40,000 nt of DNA, taken from the NCBI GenBank assembly GCA_045657465.1, contig JAZOTD010000036.1, positions 11,372-51,371 on the forward strand. Direction: 5' to 3'. This document shows positions 1 through 7,833 of this stretch, piece after piece. Under the pieces are notes generated by a model. It had not been told where the DNA came from. It ran no database searches and saw nothing but the letters and a program-made list of their open reading frames with translations. A program made the position numbers and the translations under genes. The stretch is from Clostridia bacterium. Lineage in GTDB: Bacteria; Bacillota; Clostridia; Christensenellales; UBA1242. The first letter of the stretch is position 1. Every line of letters begins with the position of its first letter.

Positions 1-480
1 CTCATATTTTTTGTTAAACACAACTAACAAAAATCGTCCAAAATCGAGTGGAAAAATTGGCAAAAAATTAAACAACAAAATCGACCAATTTGCAACCAAA
101 ATATCACTTAAAAAAATATAAGATTCTGGCTTAAACCAAAACATCAAATAACAAAAAATCACAACTAAAAAATTGAATATTGGACCCGCCAAAACAATCT
201 TTATTTCATCATCTAAAACAAAATCATCATCACCTTCGAGTGACGCTCCAAAAAAAGTTAAATGGATTTTCTTTGGCAAATAACCAAGTTTTTTAGAAAC
301 AACAAAATGACTCATCTCATGCAAAACAACAAAAATCACATGATAAAAATATAGCTTCATTTCATCAAGTAAAAATGCTAAACACAAAAGTAACAAAAAA
401 GAAAAATCAATTTTAAAAACTTTAAAAAAATCTGCAATTTTCTGCAATTTTTTGTCGTTTTTATTGAAATATTGCATCAT
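1..480 (-). CDS. M50-family site-2 protease, SpoIVFB-like (partial, runs off the window start)
   Basis: Manual translation of the minus strand from the ATG at 480: MMQYFNKNDKKLQK...VIFVVLHEMSHFVVSKKLGY...LAGPIFNFLVV...FNFLPIFPLDFGR. HExxH metal site plus N-x-x-P-x-x-P-L-D-x-G motif. Not in the ORF track because it is open at the edge. Confidence 0.88.
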   Translation of the reverse strand, partial: MMQYFNKNDKKLQKIADFFKVFKIDFSFLLLLCLAFLLDEMKLYFYHVIFVVLHEMSHFVVSKKLGYLPKKIHLTFFGASLEGDDDFVLDDEIKIVLAGPIFNFLVVIFCYLMFWFKPESYIFLSDILVANWSILLFNFLPIFPLDFGRFLLVVFNKKYE

Positions 481-501
481 TACTTAAATTTTATGCATTA
501 T

Positions 502-744
502 TTATTTGATTTTATCACTTTTAAAAACAACATTTTCAGCAACACAATCAACCATAAAAACAATATTTAAACCCCACAACATCTTCACATTCAACTTCAA
601 ATTTTCAGGAACAATCTTTGTGTATTTTGAAAACACCTCAAACAAATCACTTTTCAAATTTCTTAACTTATCAAGCGTAAGCTCACTTGAACTTAATGCT
701 ATCTCTTGTGAAATTTGATTAATCAAACTTTTATCATTATTCAT
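502..744 (-). CDS. MinE-like cell-division topological factor (divergent); start probably at internal Met (744) rather than 801
   Basis: LTLDKLRNLKSDLFEVFSKYTKIVPENLKLNVK...IVFMVDCV resembles the MinE C-terminal domain pattern (LekLkeEILeVIsKYv.Id.e.v.v....). Lies immediately downstream of a MinD-like ORF. Confidence 0.55.
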   Translation of the reverse strand: MNNDKSLINQISQEIALSSSELTLDKLRNLKSDLFEVFSKYTKIVPENLKLNVKMLWGLNIVFMVDCVAENVVFKSDKIK

Positions 745-1513
745 ATTTTTTAGCCACCCTTTTTCTAAAATATCCAATAATCCCACAGTATCTTTTTTCA
801 TAGTTGATTAAATATGGATTGTTAGTTATAAAAACATTACAAAACAATTTCATCATTTTCTTTTGTTTTTTAGTTATACTTTTAAAACTAAAACAATTAA
901 ATTTATAAAACTTTTCAAACACAAACAAAACATCAGTTTCAAACAAATTTTGAACATCAGAATCACTCACCCTTTCACCACTCAACTGCCCAACAATAAA
1001 AGCCTTGTTTATGACTATTTTTATATTTGTTATATTTTTGAAGTATCTAATTTTTTGAATAAATTTATATGAGTTCAAAACATCAATTTTCTCATCACCC
1101 ATAACAATTATTGTTTCATTTGAATATTTTAAAAATAAATTCAAATTTTCAAAATCATTGTTATTCACATCAATAAAAATAAAGTCAAAATTTTTTGAAA
1201 TATTATTTATAAATTCACAAAACACACTTTCGTGTCGTTTATAATCAAAATTAGTCTTGTTAGTTTTTAAATAAAGCAGATTATGTTTTGCATAATTTAA
1301 AACATCATACTCTCTAGCGTCTCCAGTTATATATTCTTTAAAATCAATTTCCTTTTTTACATCAAATCTCATCGCCAGGTCATTAATAGAAAAATAGCCA
1401 TCAATTAATAAAATTTTTTTATTTTGATTTCGCATTTGTTCTGCAAGTGTCAAAATAATAGATGTCTTACCAACACCACCACGACTTCCAACAAAACTAA
1501 TTATTCTGCACAT
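737..1513 (-). CDS. ParA/MinD-family P-loop ATPase (MinD-like, atypical Walker A)
   Basis: MCRIISFVGSRGGVGKTSIILTLAEQM...KKILLIDGY...FDFIFIDVNNN: deviant Walker A region and Walker B; C-terminal basic/hydrophobic tail GIIGYFRKRVAKKYE reminiscent of a membrane-targeting helix. Confidence 0.75.
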   Translation of the reverse strand: MCRIISFVGSRGGVGKTSIILTLAEQMRNQNKKILLIDGYFSINDLAMRFDVKKEIDFKEYITGDAREYDVLNYAKHNLLYLKTNKTNFDYKRHESVFCEFINNISKNFDFIFIDVNNNDFENLNLFLKYSNETIIVMGDEKIDVLNSYKFIQKIRYFKNITNIKIVINKAFIVGQLSGERVSDSDVQNLFETDVLFVFEKFYKFNCFSFKSITKKQKKMMKLFCNVFITNNPYLINYEKRYCGIIGYFRKRVAKKYE

Positions 1514-1657
1514 ACTTAAATATTAATACTAAAACACTAATTTTTATATGCTAGATATGCTGATTAATGTAGTTTTTTAACCCAAAATAAACATTTTTCG
1601 GTTTTATGTTTGTATAATACAGAAAAAATATTATATAATTAGTTTAGGAGATTAATT

Positions 1658-2665
1658 ATGTCAACTTTTTATATTGGAATAAAAATGGGTTCAACAACAA
1701 CCTACATCTACAAAGCTGGAAACGGAATTGTTTTAAAAGAACCTTCTCTCATTGCCATGCCAACTAACATGAAAGTTAAAGATGTTAAAGCAATTGGCGA
1801 AGATGCAAAAAAACTCATTGGAAGACTTCCTAGCAATATCACAATATTCTCACCAATTTCTGGCGGAACAATTCAATATGAAGAACTAGCTGTTTTAATG
1901 CTCAAAGGATTCTTAAGAAAAATTTTTCCAAACAAAACTCTTGGCCAAAACATAAAAGCTATTGTCACCACCCCAGTTAGTTTGTCGCCACAAGAGAAAA
2001 AAGTTTTTGAAACCACTTGTTTTAAAGCTGGCATTGCTGACGTGTTTTTAATTCCTGATGTTTTATCATACGCCGTTGGAAATGGAATCGATATTCAAAA
2101 TGAAAATGCAAACTTAATTGTAAACATTGGCGGCGAAACAACAAATATTGCCGTTGTTTCAAATTATTCAATCATCAATGGTTTCACCCTTTCATTTGGA
2201 GGTTCAATCATTAGCGTTGCCATTGCAAAATATATCGAAGAAACTTACAATTTCTACATAAGCACTGAACAGGCAGAACAATTAAAAGTTGAAATCTGCT
2301 CTCTATTTGAAACATATTCTGTATCTTACGATATCACAGGGCTCAACAAAAAAACTCAAGCAAAAGAACAATTAACAATCAATGCAACCGAACTTTACCC
2401 TATTGTAAAACACTATTATTCGCTCATTGCTGAAGCAATCAATTCAGTGATTCAGTCAAGCGACCCAGAAGTTATTTCAGACATTTCCAAAAATGGAATC
2501 TATTTTTATGGTGGCGGTTCTTCAATAATTGGTCTTGAAAAATTCATGGCCGAACAAACCACATTTAAAATCAACCCACCAGACACAAGCAGGTCAAACA
2601 TTCTCGGAACCGGTGTTTTAATCAAATATCCACAACTCTTAAAAAAGATTTTAAAGAACACTTAA
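1658..2665 (+). CDS. MreB/Mbl-like bacterial actin homologue (divergent active site)
   Basis: GNGIVLKEPSLIAMPTN...AIGEDAKKLIGRLPSNI..., LIVNIGGETTNIAVVS, GIYFYGGGSSIIGLEKFMAEQT align end-to-end with MreB; RBS taggag upstream. Confidence 0.88.
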   Translation: MSTFYIGIKMGSTTTYIYKAGNGIVLKEPSLIAMPTNMKVKDVKAIGEDAKKLIGRLPSNITIFSPISGGTIQYEELAVLMLKGFLRKIFPNKTLGQNIKAIVTTPVSLSPQEKKVFETTCFKAGIADVFLIPDVLSYAVGNGIDIQNENANLIVNIGGETTNIAVVSNYSIINGFTLSFGGSIISVAIAKYIEETYNFYISTEQAEQLKVEICSLFETYSVSYDITGLNKKTQAKEQLTINATELYPIVKHYYSLIAEAINSVIQSSDPEVISDISKNGIYFYGGGSSIIGLEKFMAEQTTFKINPPDTSRSNILGTGVLIKYPQLLKKILKNT

Positions 2666-2695
2666 TTATAATTAGTTTTTAATCAAATAGTTATG

Positions 2696-2736
2696 AGTCA
2701 ATATCCATTTAAAAATTTTGGGTATTGACTTTTTTG
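2696..2736 (+). terminator. Rho-independent terminator after the MreB-like gene
   Basis: agtcaatatcc...ggtattgact followed by ttttttg; near-perfect stem with one bulge. Confidence 0.6.
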
Positions 2737-2753
2737 TTAAATTTTGGTATAAT
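2725..2753 (+). promoter_or_regulatory. Sigma-A type promoter for the 2834 gene
   Basis: TTGACT (2725-2730) - 17 nt - TATAAT (2748-2753). Confidence 0.8.
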
Positions 2754-2833
2754 AACAGCGCAATTAAGTCAAGTCCGCATAAACTATGAATTTTGCGGTA
2801 ATTTACTTTAATTCAAAGGGAGTATAAAACAAT

Positions 2834-3577
2834 ATGGAATCTAAAAAAAAGAAAAAGATTATCCTTATTGTTTCATTAGTATCAATTTTTTTAATTGTCG
2901 CTGTTTTAGGAACGTTTTTTACTATAAAAGCAATTAATAATAAAGACAACGACAGCAGCACCCCAGCAACGAATGTGAATAGTTCACTTGGGGTTGATGA
3001 GAGACTATTTGAAGCACATAAGGCTATTATGAACGAAGAAGTTTCTGCTGATTTCAACGGAAACTACAAATTTAAAACTGTTAGTTCAATTATCTTTAAT
3101 AAAGATTTAAACAAAGAACAAATTGAGAAAATCTGTGCATTGCAAGGAACCAACGACCCTAACGGTCTTCAAGGCAAAATTCTTGAAACAAAAAAAGCCG
3201 AAGCAACCCAAAACAATGAAGTTATTGTTTTAAAAGCAAAAGACGGCTACGGTTCTTACACAAGAAGTTACAATTCAAAAGATGTTATTGAATACGGAAG
3301 ATATTTTGGAAACAATGATCTTTCAGAAATAAGCATCTATGATTATGCAACAAAAGACTACTTCTCTTTATATGACATGTCACTTACAAGCATAAAAGAA
3401 GCCGACATCACTTCTTTAAACTCAAGTGCAAACACACATAAAGACAAGCTCTATTTATATAAAAAGGTTTACAGCAAAGAAAATCCAAATCTTATTTTAT
3501 TTACAATCACTTATGTATATGAGTTGATACCTGCTGAACCACCTATTTCAGATTCAGAATTAGATTTTGTTATTTAA
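2834..3577 (+). CDS. Hypothetical secreted/membrane-anchored protein, single N-terminal TM
   Basis: MESKKKKKIILIVSLVSIFLIVAVLGTFFTIKAI hydrophobic segment; RBS gggag upstream; no recognised domain. Confidence 0.75.
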   Translation: MESKKKKKIILIVSLVSIFLIVAVLGTFFTIKAINNKDNDSSTPATNVNSSLGVDERLFEAHKAIMNEEVSADFNGNYKFKTVSSIIFNKDLNKEQIEKICALQGTNDPNGLQGKILETKKAEATQNNEVIVLKAKDGYGSYTRSYNSKDVIEYGRYFGNNDLSEISIYDYATKDYFSLYDMSLTSIKEADITSLNSSANTHKDKLYLYKKVYSKENPNLILFTITYVYELIPAEPPISDSELDFVI

Positions 3578-3599
3578 TTAAAGATAAAGGAGAATATTT

Positions 3600-4616
3600 A
3601 TGAAGAAGCTTATCAAAAATATTTCAAAAGCATTATGTTTATTATTTGTGTTTTCATTTTCAATAATTTCAATTGTTGGATGTGGAAACAAAGACAATTC
3701 AAACGATAAAAAAGCAAACAACACCGCGTCAACAACAATCGGTGGAGATATCAACAACTCAGCTGACAATGTAAACCAAGATGATATAACCGCTGAAGAA
3801 GTTGCTCTTAATGGCATTTACAAATATGCCCGCCCTGTTATCTATGCTGATACATATTGGACTGTTTCAAATGAAGAGATTTTCGATTATTTCGATACAA
3901 CAGACATCAATGGTGTCTACAATGCTCTTTTAAAATTGAACTTTTTAGATATTGTAAACTCAAATATCTATGAACTTGACGGCGACACAATTGAAACAAT
4001 GGTTTATTTCAACGAAGAAAAATTCATCTATATTGAATTTACTGGAACTTATTACAAGACCGGTGAAGAATATAACATCAATGAACTCACAAGCAAAATT
4101 GAAATAATTGATGAAGAAAATTTTATTGTTCACGCTCCATTTTCTTACGTAAATGATTCAAATGAAGTTGTTGAAACACCTATCATCGTAAAAATTCCAT
4201 ACGTAAAAGTTGCAGATTCAGAAAACACTTTAGTTGGAAATATTTATACCTATCAAACAGGTTCTGCAAATATTATTATTTCAAATCAATCAACAATTAC
4301 AAAAGAAGAAGCTTTCTTAAAGCTTGCAGAGCTTTTTGAAATCAACACAGATGCAGACATTTCTGCAGAAGTTGAAGACATGTTCGCAAACTTTGATATT
4401 CAAATCAATGAAGTTCTTTCAAATGTTACTTTCCTTTGCAAATATGATGACACATTTAGATTTTCAAGCATTTCAAACGCAACATCAACAATCGATGGAA
4501 TGACAATTTCACTCACAAGCAGAAGCATCAATGTTGCAACTGGCATTGAAACATTAAACCTTGAAATCATGCTTGATGAAAACACAACACTCACATTTTC
4601 TTATCAAGCAGCTTAA
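3600..4616 (+). CDS. Hypothetical lipoprotein
   Basis: Signal peptide with lipobox: MKKLIKNISKALCLLFVFSFSIISIVGCGNKDNSND; RBS aaaggag upstream. Confidence 0.8.
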   Translation: MKKLIKNISKALCLLFVFSFSIISIVGCGNKDNSNDKKANNTASTTIGGDINNSADNVNQDDITAEEVALNGIYKYARPVIYADTYWTVSNEEIFDYFDTTDINGVYNALLKLNFLDIVNSNIYELDGDTIETMVYFNEEKFIYIEFTGTYYKTGEEYNINELTSKIEIIDEENFIVHAPFSYVNDSNEVVETPIIVKIPYVKVADSENTLVGNIYTYQTGSANIIISNQSTITKEEAFLKLAELFEINTDADISAEVEDMFANFDIQINEVLSNVTFLCKYDDTFRFSSISNATSTIDGMTISLTSRSINVATGIETLNLEIMLDENTTLTFSYQAA

Positions 4617-4635
4617 TTAAATAACTATTTTCAAT

Positions 4636-4674
4636 AAAAAGACATACAACAATTCGCTGTATGTCTTTTTCTAT
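4636..4674 (+). terminator. Rho-independent terminator
   Basis: aaaaagacataca - acaattcgc - tgtatgtcttttt, perfect 13-bp stem. Confidence 0.9.
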
Positions 4675-4747
4675 TTCATTTAGCACTTAAATTTTTCAAA
4701 ACTTACCTTTTTGACTTATCAGTTAATCACAATATTTAAACATACAA

Positions 4748-4776
4748 AAAAAGAACTGCAATTTGCAGTTCTTTTT
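4748..4776. terminator. Rho-independent terminator, probably for the minus-strand 4780-6300 gene (bidirectional)
   Basis: aaaaagaactgcaa - t - ttgcagttcttttt perfect inverted repeat with A/T tracts on both sides. Confidence 0.85.
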
Positions 4777-4779
4777 ATT

Positions 4780-6300
4780 TTATAAAATTTCAAGTTTCTT
4801 ATGGAATGTCTTTTCGAAATCTCTGCCAACATCCATACCCCTTTGAATTTCAAATGTTGCATCAGCAACAGTAACAGTTTTCATAATAACTGAATCACCC
4901 AAGATGTCACAGTTAATATCAACAATAACACTGTTTTTGGTTCTATCAAAACATTCAGCCAATCTCAAGATGACACCAAGTTTCTTTGTTGCATCAATGT
5001 CTTCAACTGTCAAAATACCATTATATTTTGCCCAGTCAGCCATTTTTATGTCACCACCTGAATGAAGCGATGCCACAAAACTTGCCAAAATCAATTCTCT
5101 GTGAGTCAACCCATAAATTTCACTGTTAAGAACAACTTCAAATGAGTGACTAGCGTGTTTGTTATAGCTAATTCTCTTACCTACATCGTGCATATAAGAT
5201 GCAACTCTGAGCACCTTTACATATCCACGTGGAAGTTTGTGAAGAACTCTAAGTTGTTTAAAGAGCAGCATTGACAAGTTGTAAACTTGTTCATTGTGTT
5301 TTGTTGAATTTGCTTCATATTCAGAAGTTTGAGCCATAACTGAGAAACCAACAATGTCTGAATTTGGTTTTTCAATAGTAGTTGGTGTAACTGAATTGAA
5401 AAGCAAACCTTCAACCAGTGATCTAGTTGTGATTGTGATTGTTTCTCTTTCAAATTCTTCTGAAATAGCTTTGATGATTTGCACTGCATATGCAAAGATA
5501 TCCGCTCTTGATTCATGCAAACCTTTAAGTCTCTTGTTTTCATTCAATTCAAGCGCTTTGAGTTGTTTTAAAATGTGATCGATATTTGCACTCTTCAAAA
5601 CATAACCATCATCTTTGTCAAGTGGATATTTTGTGTAAATTCTGTCCATACTTGAAAGATCTTCAAAATAAACACCATTGCCCACAAACACATATTCTTG
5701 GTCAATTGTTTTAAGCCAATCAAAGTCTGAAAGTTGTGATTTAACATACTTAACAACTTTTTCAAAGGCTTCCTCTTTTCCAAGTTTTGAAACAGGATAC
5801 ATGTCAACTAAAGTTTTTGGACCAACCGGAATAAACGCCTGGTTCAAAATATTTCTTCTGTTATAATGAATCAAGTGAATGTTATCAGTTCCAACATTTA
5901 CAATTAAACCTTTTGGAATATCATAACTATTCATTACACCAGTATAGATTGCAGCATTTTGTTCTTCAGGTGAAAGCACCGAAAATCTAAAGCCACAAGT
6001 CACAAACACTTCATCAAAGAAGCTGTAAATATTCATTGGTTTTGAATCTTTAATAAAACTTGCAATTGCGATGGTTTTTGTAACTTCAAACATATCACAA
6101 ATTTTTCTAAAATTCTTTAATGTGCTAATGATAGATGAGATTTGATTTTTCTTTAAGAAATGATCATCGTCCATTTCAAGACCAAACTTGATTGGCTCAA
6201 CCTCAACATCACAAATTGAAAAATAATTATCTTGAACAACATTCGCAATAACCAATTTTGCGGAATAAGTTTCAACAAGAACAACAGCAATTTTATCCAC
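4780..6300 (-). CDS. Ppx/GppA-like ASKHA domain + HD domain protein (degenerate phosphatase domain)
   Basis: N-terminal MDKIAVVLVETYSAKLVIANV, RFSVLSPEEQNAAIYTGV, GLIVNVGTDNIHLIHYN follow the Ppx/GppA layout; C-terminal KHNEQVYNLSMLLFKQL...VASYMHDVGKRISYNKHASHSFEVV...LTHREL is an HD domain. Confidence 0.8.
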   Translation of the reverse strand: MDKIAVVLVETYSAKLVIANVVQDNYFSICDVEVEPIKFGLEMDDDHFLKKNQISSIISTLKNFRKICDMFEVTKTIAIASFIKDSKPMNIYSFFDEVFVTCGFRFSVLSPEEQNAAIYTGVMNSYDIPKGLIVNVGTDNIHLIHYNRRNILNQAFIPVGPKTLVDMYPVSKLGKEEAFEKVVKYVKSQLSDFDWLKTIDQEYVFVGNGVYFEDLSSMDRIYTKYPLDKDDGYVLKSANIDHILKQLKALELNENKRLKGLHESRADIFAYAVQIIKAISEEFERETITITTRSLVEGLLFNSVTPTTIEKPNSDIVGFSVMAQTSEYEANSTKHNEQVYNLSMLLFKQLRVLHKLPRGYVKVLRVASYMHDVGKRISYNKHASHSFEVVLNSEIYGLTHRELILASFVASLHSGGDIKMADWAKYNGILTVEDIDATKKLGVILRLAECFDRTKNSVIVDINCDILGDSVIMKTVTVADATFEIQRGMDVGRDFEKTFHKKLEIL

Positions 6301-6433
6301 TATTATCTACTCTCCTAACTTATTTTACATACTACGATTATACCATAAAACAACTCGCTTGTATATGAATATAAAGATTATTTCTAATTATCGTTGGGGT
6401 ATATCAAAAAGTTATAGCACCCATACAAAATTT

Positions 6434-6467
6434 AAAATAGGTTGACATCAAATCAACCTATTTTTTT
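6434..6467 (-). terminator. Terminator of the Rnf-like operon
   Basis: aaaataggttga - catcaaa - tcaacctatttt, 12-bp stem, immediately after the last ORF on the minus strand. Confidence 0.75.
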
Positions 6468-7248
6468 ATAGTCTTGAAATTACGTGAGTTGGACAAGCCG
6501 CAACACACTTTCCACACTTAATACATTTTTCTGCATCAATCTTTGGCATGCCACCAACCATAGTAATTGCACCTGATGGACAAGCCACAACACACGCTTC
6601 ACAATGTGTGCAAGCAACTTCGCAATTTCTTGTTACAACTGAATCATTTGATGAATTGCTGCAAACAACTTCAACAAATTTCTTTGCAGGAATCATTGAA
6701 ATTAGCTCATTTGGACAAGCCCCAACACATTCTCCACAACCAACGCATCTTTCTTTGTCAACAACTGCACAGCCCTTTTTAGATATGCTTATTGCCCCAT
6801 AAACACAGGCTTTAGCACAATCTCCACAACCAAGACATGCAAATTGACAATGTTTATCACCAGAATGTTCCAAGTTTTTGCTGGCACAGGTTTGATCACC
6901 AACATAATGATATTTAGTTCCGCAATCACAACCACCTTTACATCTAACAAATGCAACACTGTTAAATCTAACCTTGCGTTCTTTCTTTAGAACTTGTCTA
7001 GCTCTCAAATAGTTTTTTCCAACGAAATATGGACACATGCTCATAATTGTTTTGCCTTTTGTTAAATCATCAGCAAACTTTGCACAATTAGGTCTTCCAC
7101 ATTTTCCACAATCTAAATTAGGCAACAATTCACGAACAACTTCTGCCGTTTTGTCTAATTTTTTGTTCTTATTCGTAACAACAACCATAATCACTATTGC
7201 AAGCAACAAGAAAACAATTGAGCCTGAATAAACAATAATTTTTAACAT
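6466..7248 (-). CDS. rnfB: Rnf complex subunit B (polyferredoxin)
   Basis: N-terminal TM; LLPNLDCGKCGRPNCAKFADDLTKGK...MCPYF [4Fe-4S] domain; multiple ferredoxin motifs CxxCxxCxxxC (CLGCGDCAKAC, CVGCGECVGACP, CTHCEACVVACP, CIKCGKCVAACP). Confidence 0.92.
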   Translation of the reverse strand: MLKIIVYSGSIVFLLLAIVIMVVVTNKNKKLDKTAEVVRELLPNLDCGKCGRPNCAKFADDLTKGKTIMSMCPYFVGKNYLRARQVLKKERKVRFNSVAFVRCKGGCDCGTKYHYVGDQTCASKNLEHSGDKHCQFACLGCGDCAKACVYGAISISKKGCAVVDKERCVGCGECVGACPNELISMIPAKKFVEVVCSNSSNDSVVTRNCEVACTHCEACVVACPSGAITMVGGMPKIDAEKCIKCGKCVAACPTHVISRL

Positions 7249-7257
7249 AGCAACTCC

Positions 7258-7833
7258 TTAAAACATTAATCCTGCGTAATGTAATAAAATTGAAAATATA
7301 GCAAGCAAAAACAATCTAGATGGAACATTTCTAAACGCTGAGTTTATATATGATCTGTTCACTGATTCAGTAAAGAATCCAACAAGCACACTCACAACCA
7401 AAACAGAAACAACAATGGCAATAATTGACATTGCAAATTCTGCAATTGGCATGCTCATATCGATTGTAAAAATCACTGAAAACGTAAATGACGCATCCAT
7501 AACATATGAAAATGAACTTTCATATAAATAATGTTTGAATGTTGAGATTTTTGACCAAATATGATTAACCAAAAGATTATATGTGCCAACAAACACAACC
7601 GCAACGCTCGCACTTATATATTCTAAATTAAATGGTTTGTAAACATATGTGTTCAACACATATGTTGCAAAACAACATAGAATGATTCCCACAACTAAAA
7701 AGACTGATTCCAAAAGCCTAAATGACTTATACATTTTTTCTCTTTGGAACAAAACAGCACCGGTTCCGTTAGAAACAACAATATTGCTTTTCAAACCATA
7801 TAAAACCAAATACGATAATAAAATTTGCAACAT
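7258..7833 (-). CDS. rnfA: RnfA/NqrE-like membrane subunit (divergent)
   Basis: Position in operon, size (191 aa), 6-TM profile; VYKPFNLEYISASVAVVFVGT and C-terminal SAFRNVPSRLFLLAIFSILLHYAGLMF match the RnfA pattern (VP..FRG.pi.Li.agllalaFmGf). Confidence 0.7.
   Translation of the reverse strand: MLQILLSYLVLYGLKSNIVVSNGTGAVLFQREKMYKSFRLLESVFLVVGIILCCFATYVLNTYVYKPFNLEYISASVAVVFVGTYNLLVNHIWSKISTFKHYLYESSFSYVMDASFTFSVIFTIDMSMPIAEFAMSIIAIVVSVLVVSVLVGFFTESVNRSYINSAFRNVPSRLFLLAIFSILLHYAGLMF

Noticed and set aside
506-718. + strand ORF 70 aa antisense to the MinE-like gene, and 863..1072 antisense to the MinD-like gene
   Set aside because: Antisense shadows with F/T/N-rich composition and no RBS; the minus-strand frames have family matches.
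5217-5807. Minus-strand ORFs 5217..5543 and 5595..5807 plus antisense ORFs 5354..5578, 5678..5866
   Set aside because: All lie inside the clearly coding 4780..6300 Ppx/GppA-HD gene in other frames, with low-complexity L/Q/K-rich compositions typical of shadow ORFs and no RBS.
6548-6802. + strand Cys/His/Gln-rich ORFs antisense to rnfB
   Set aside because: Composition is the mirror of the CxxCxxC ferredoxin codons on the other strand.
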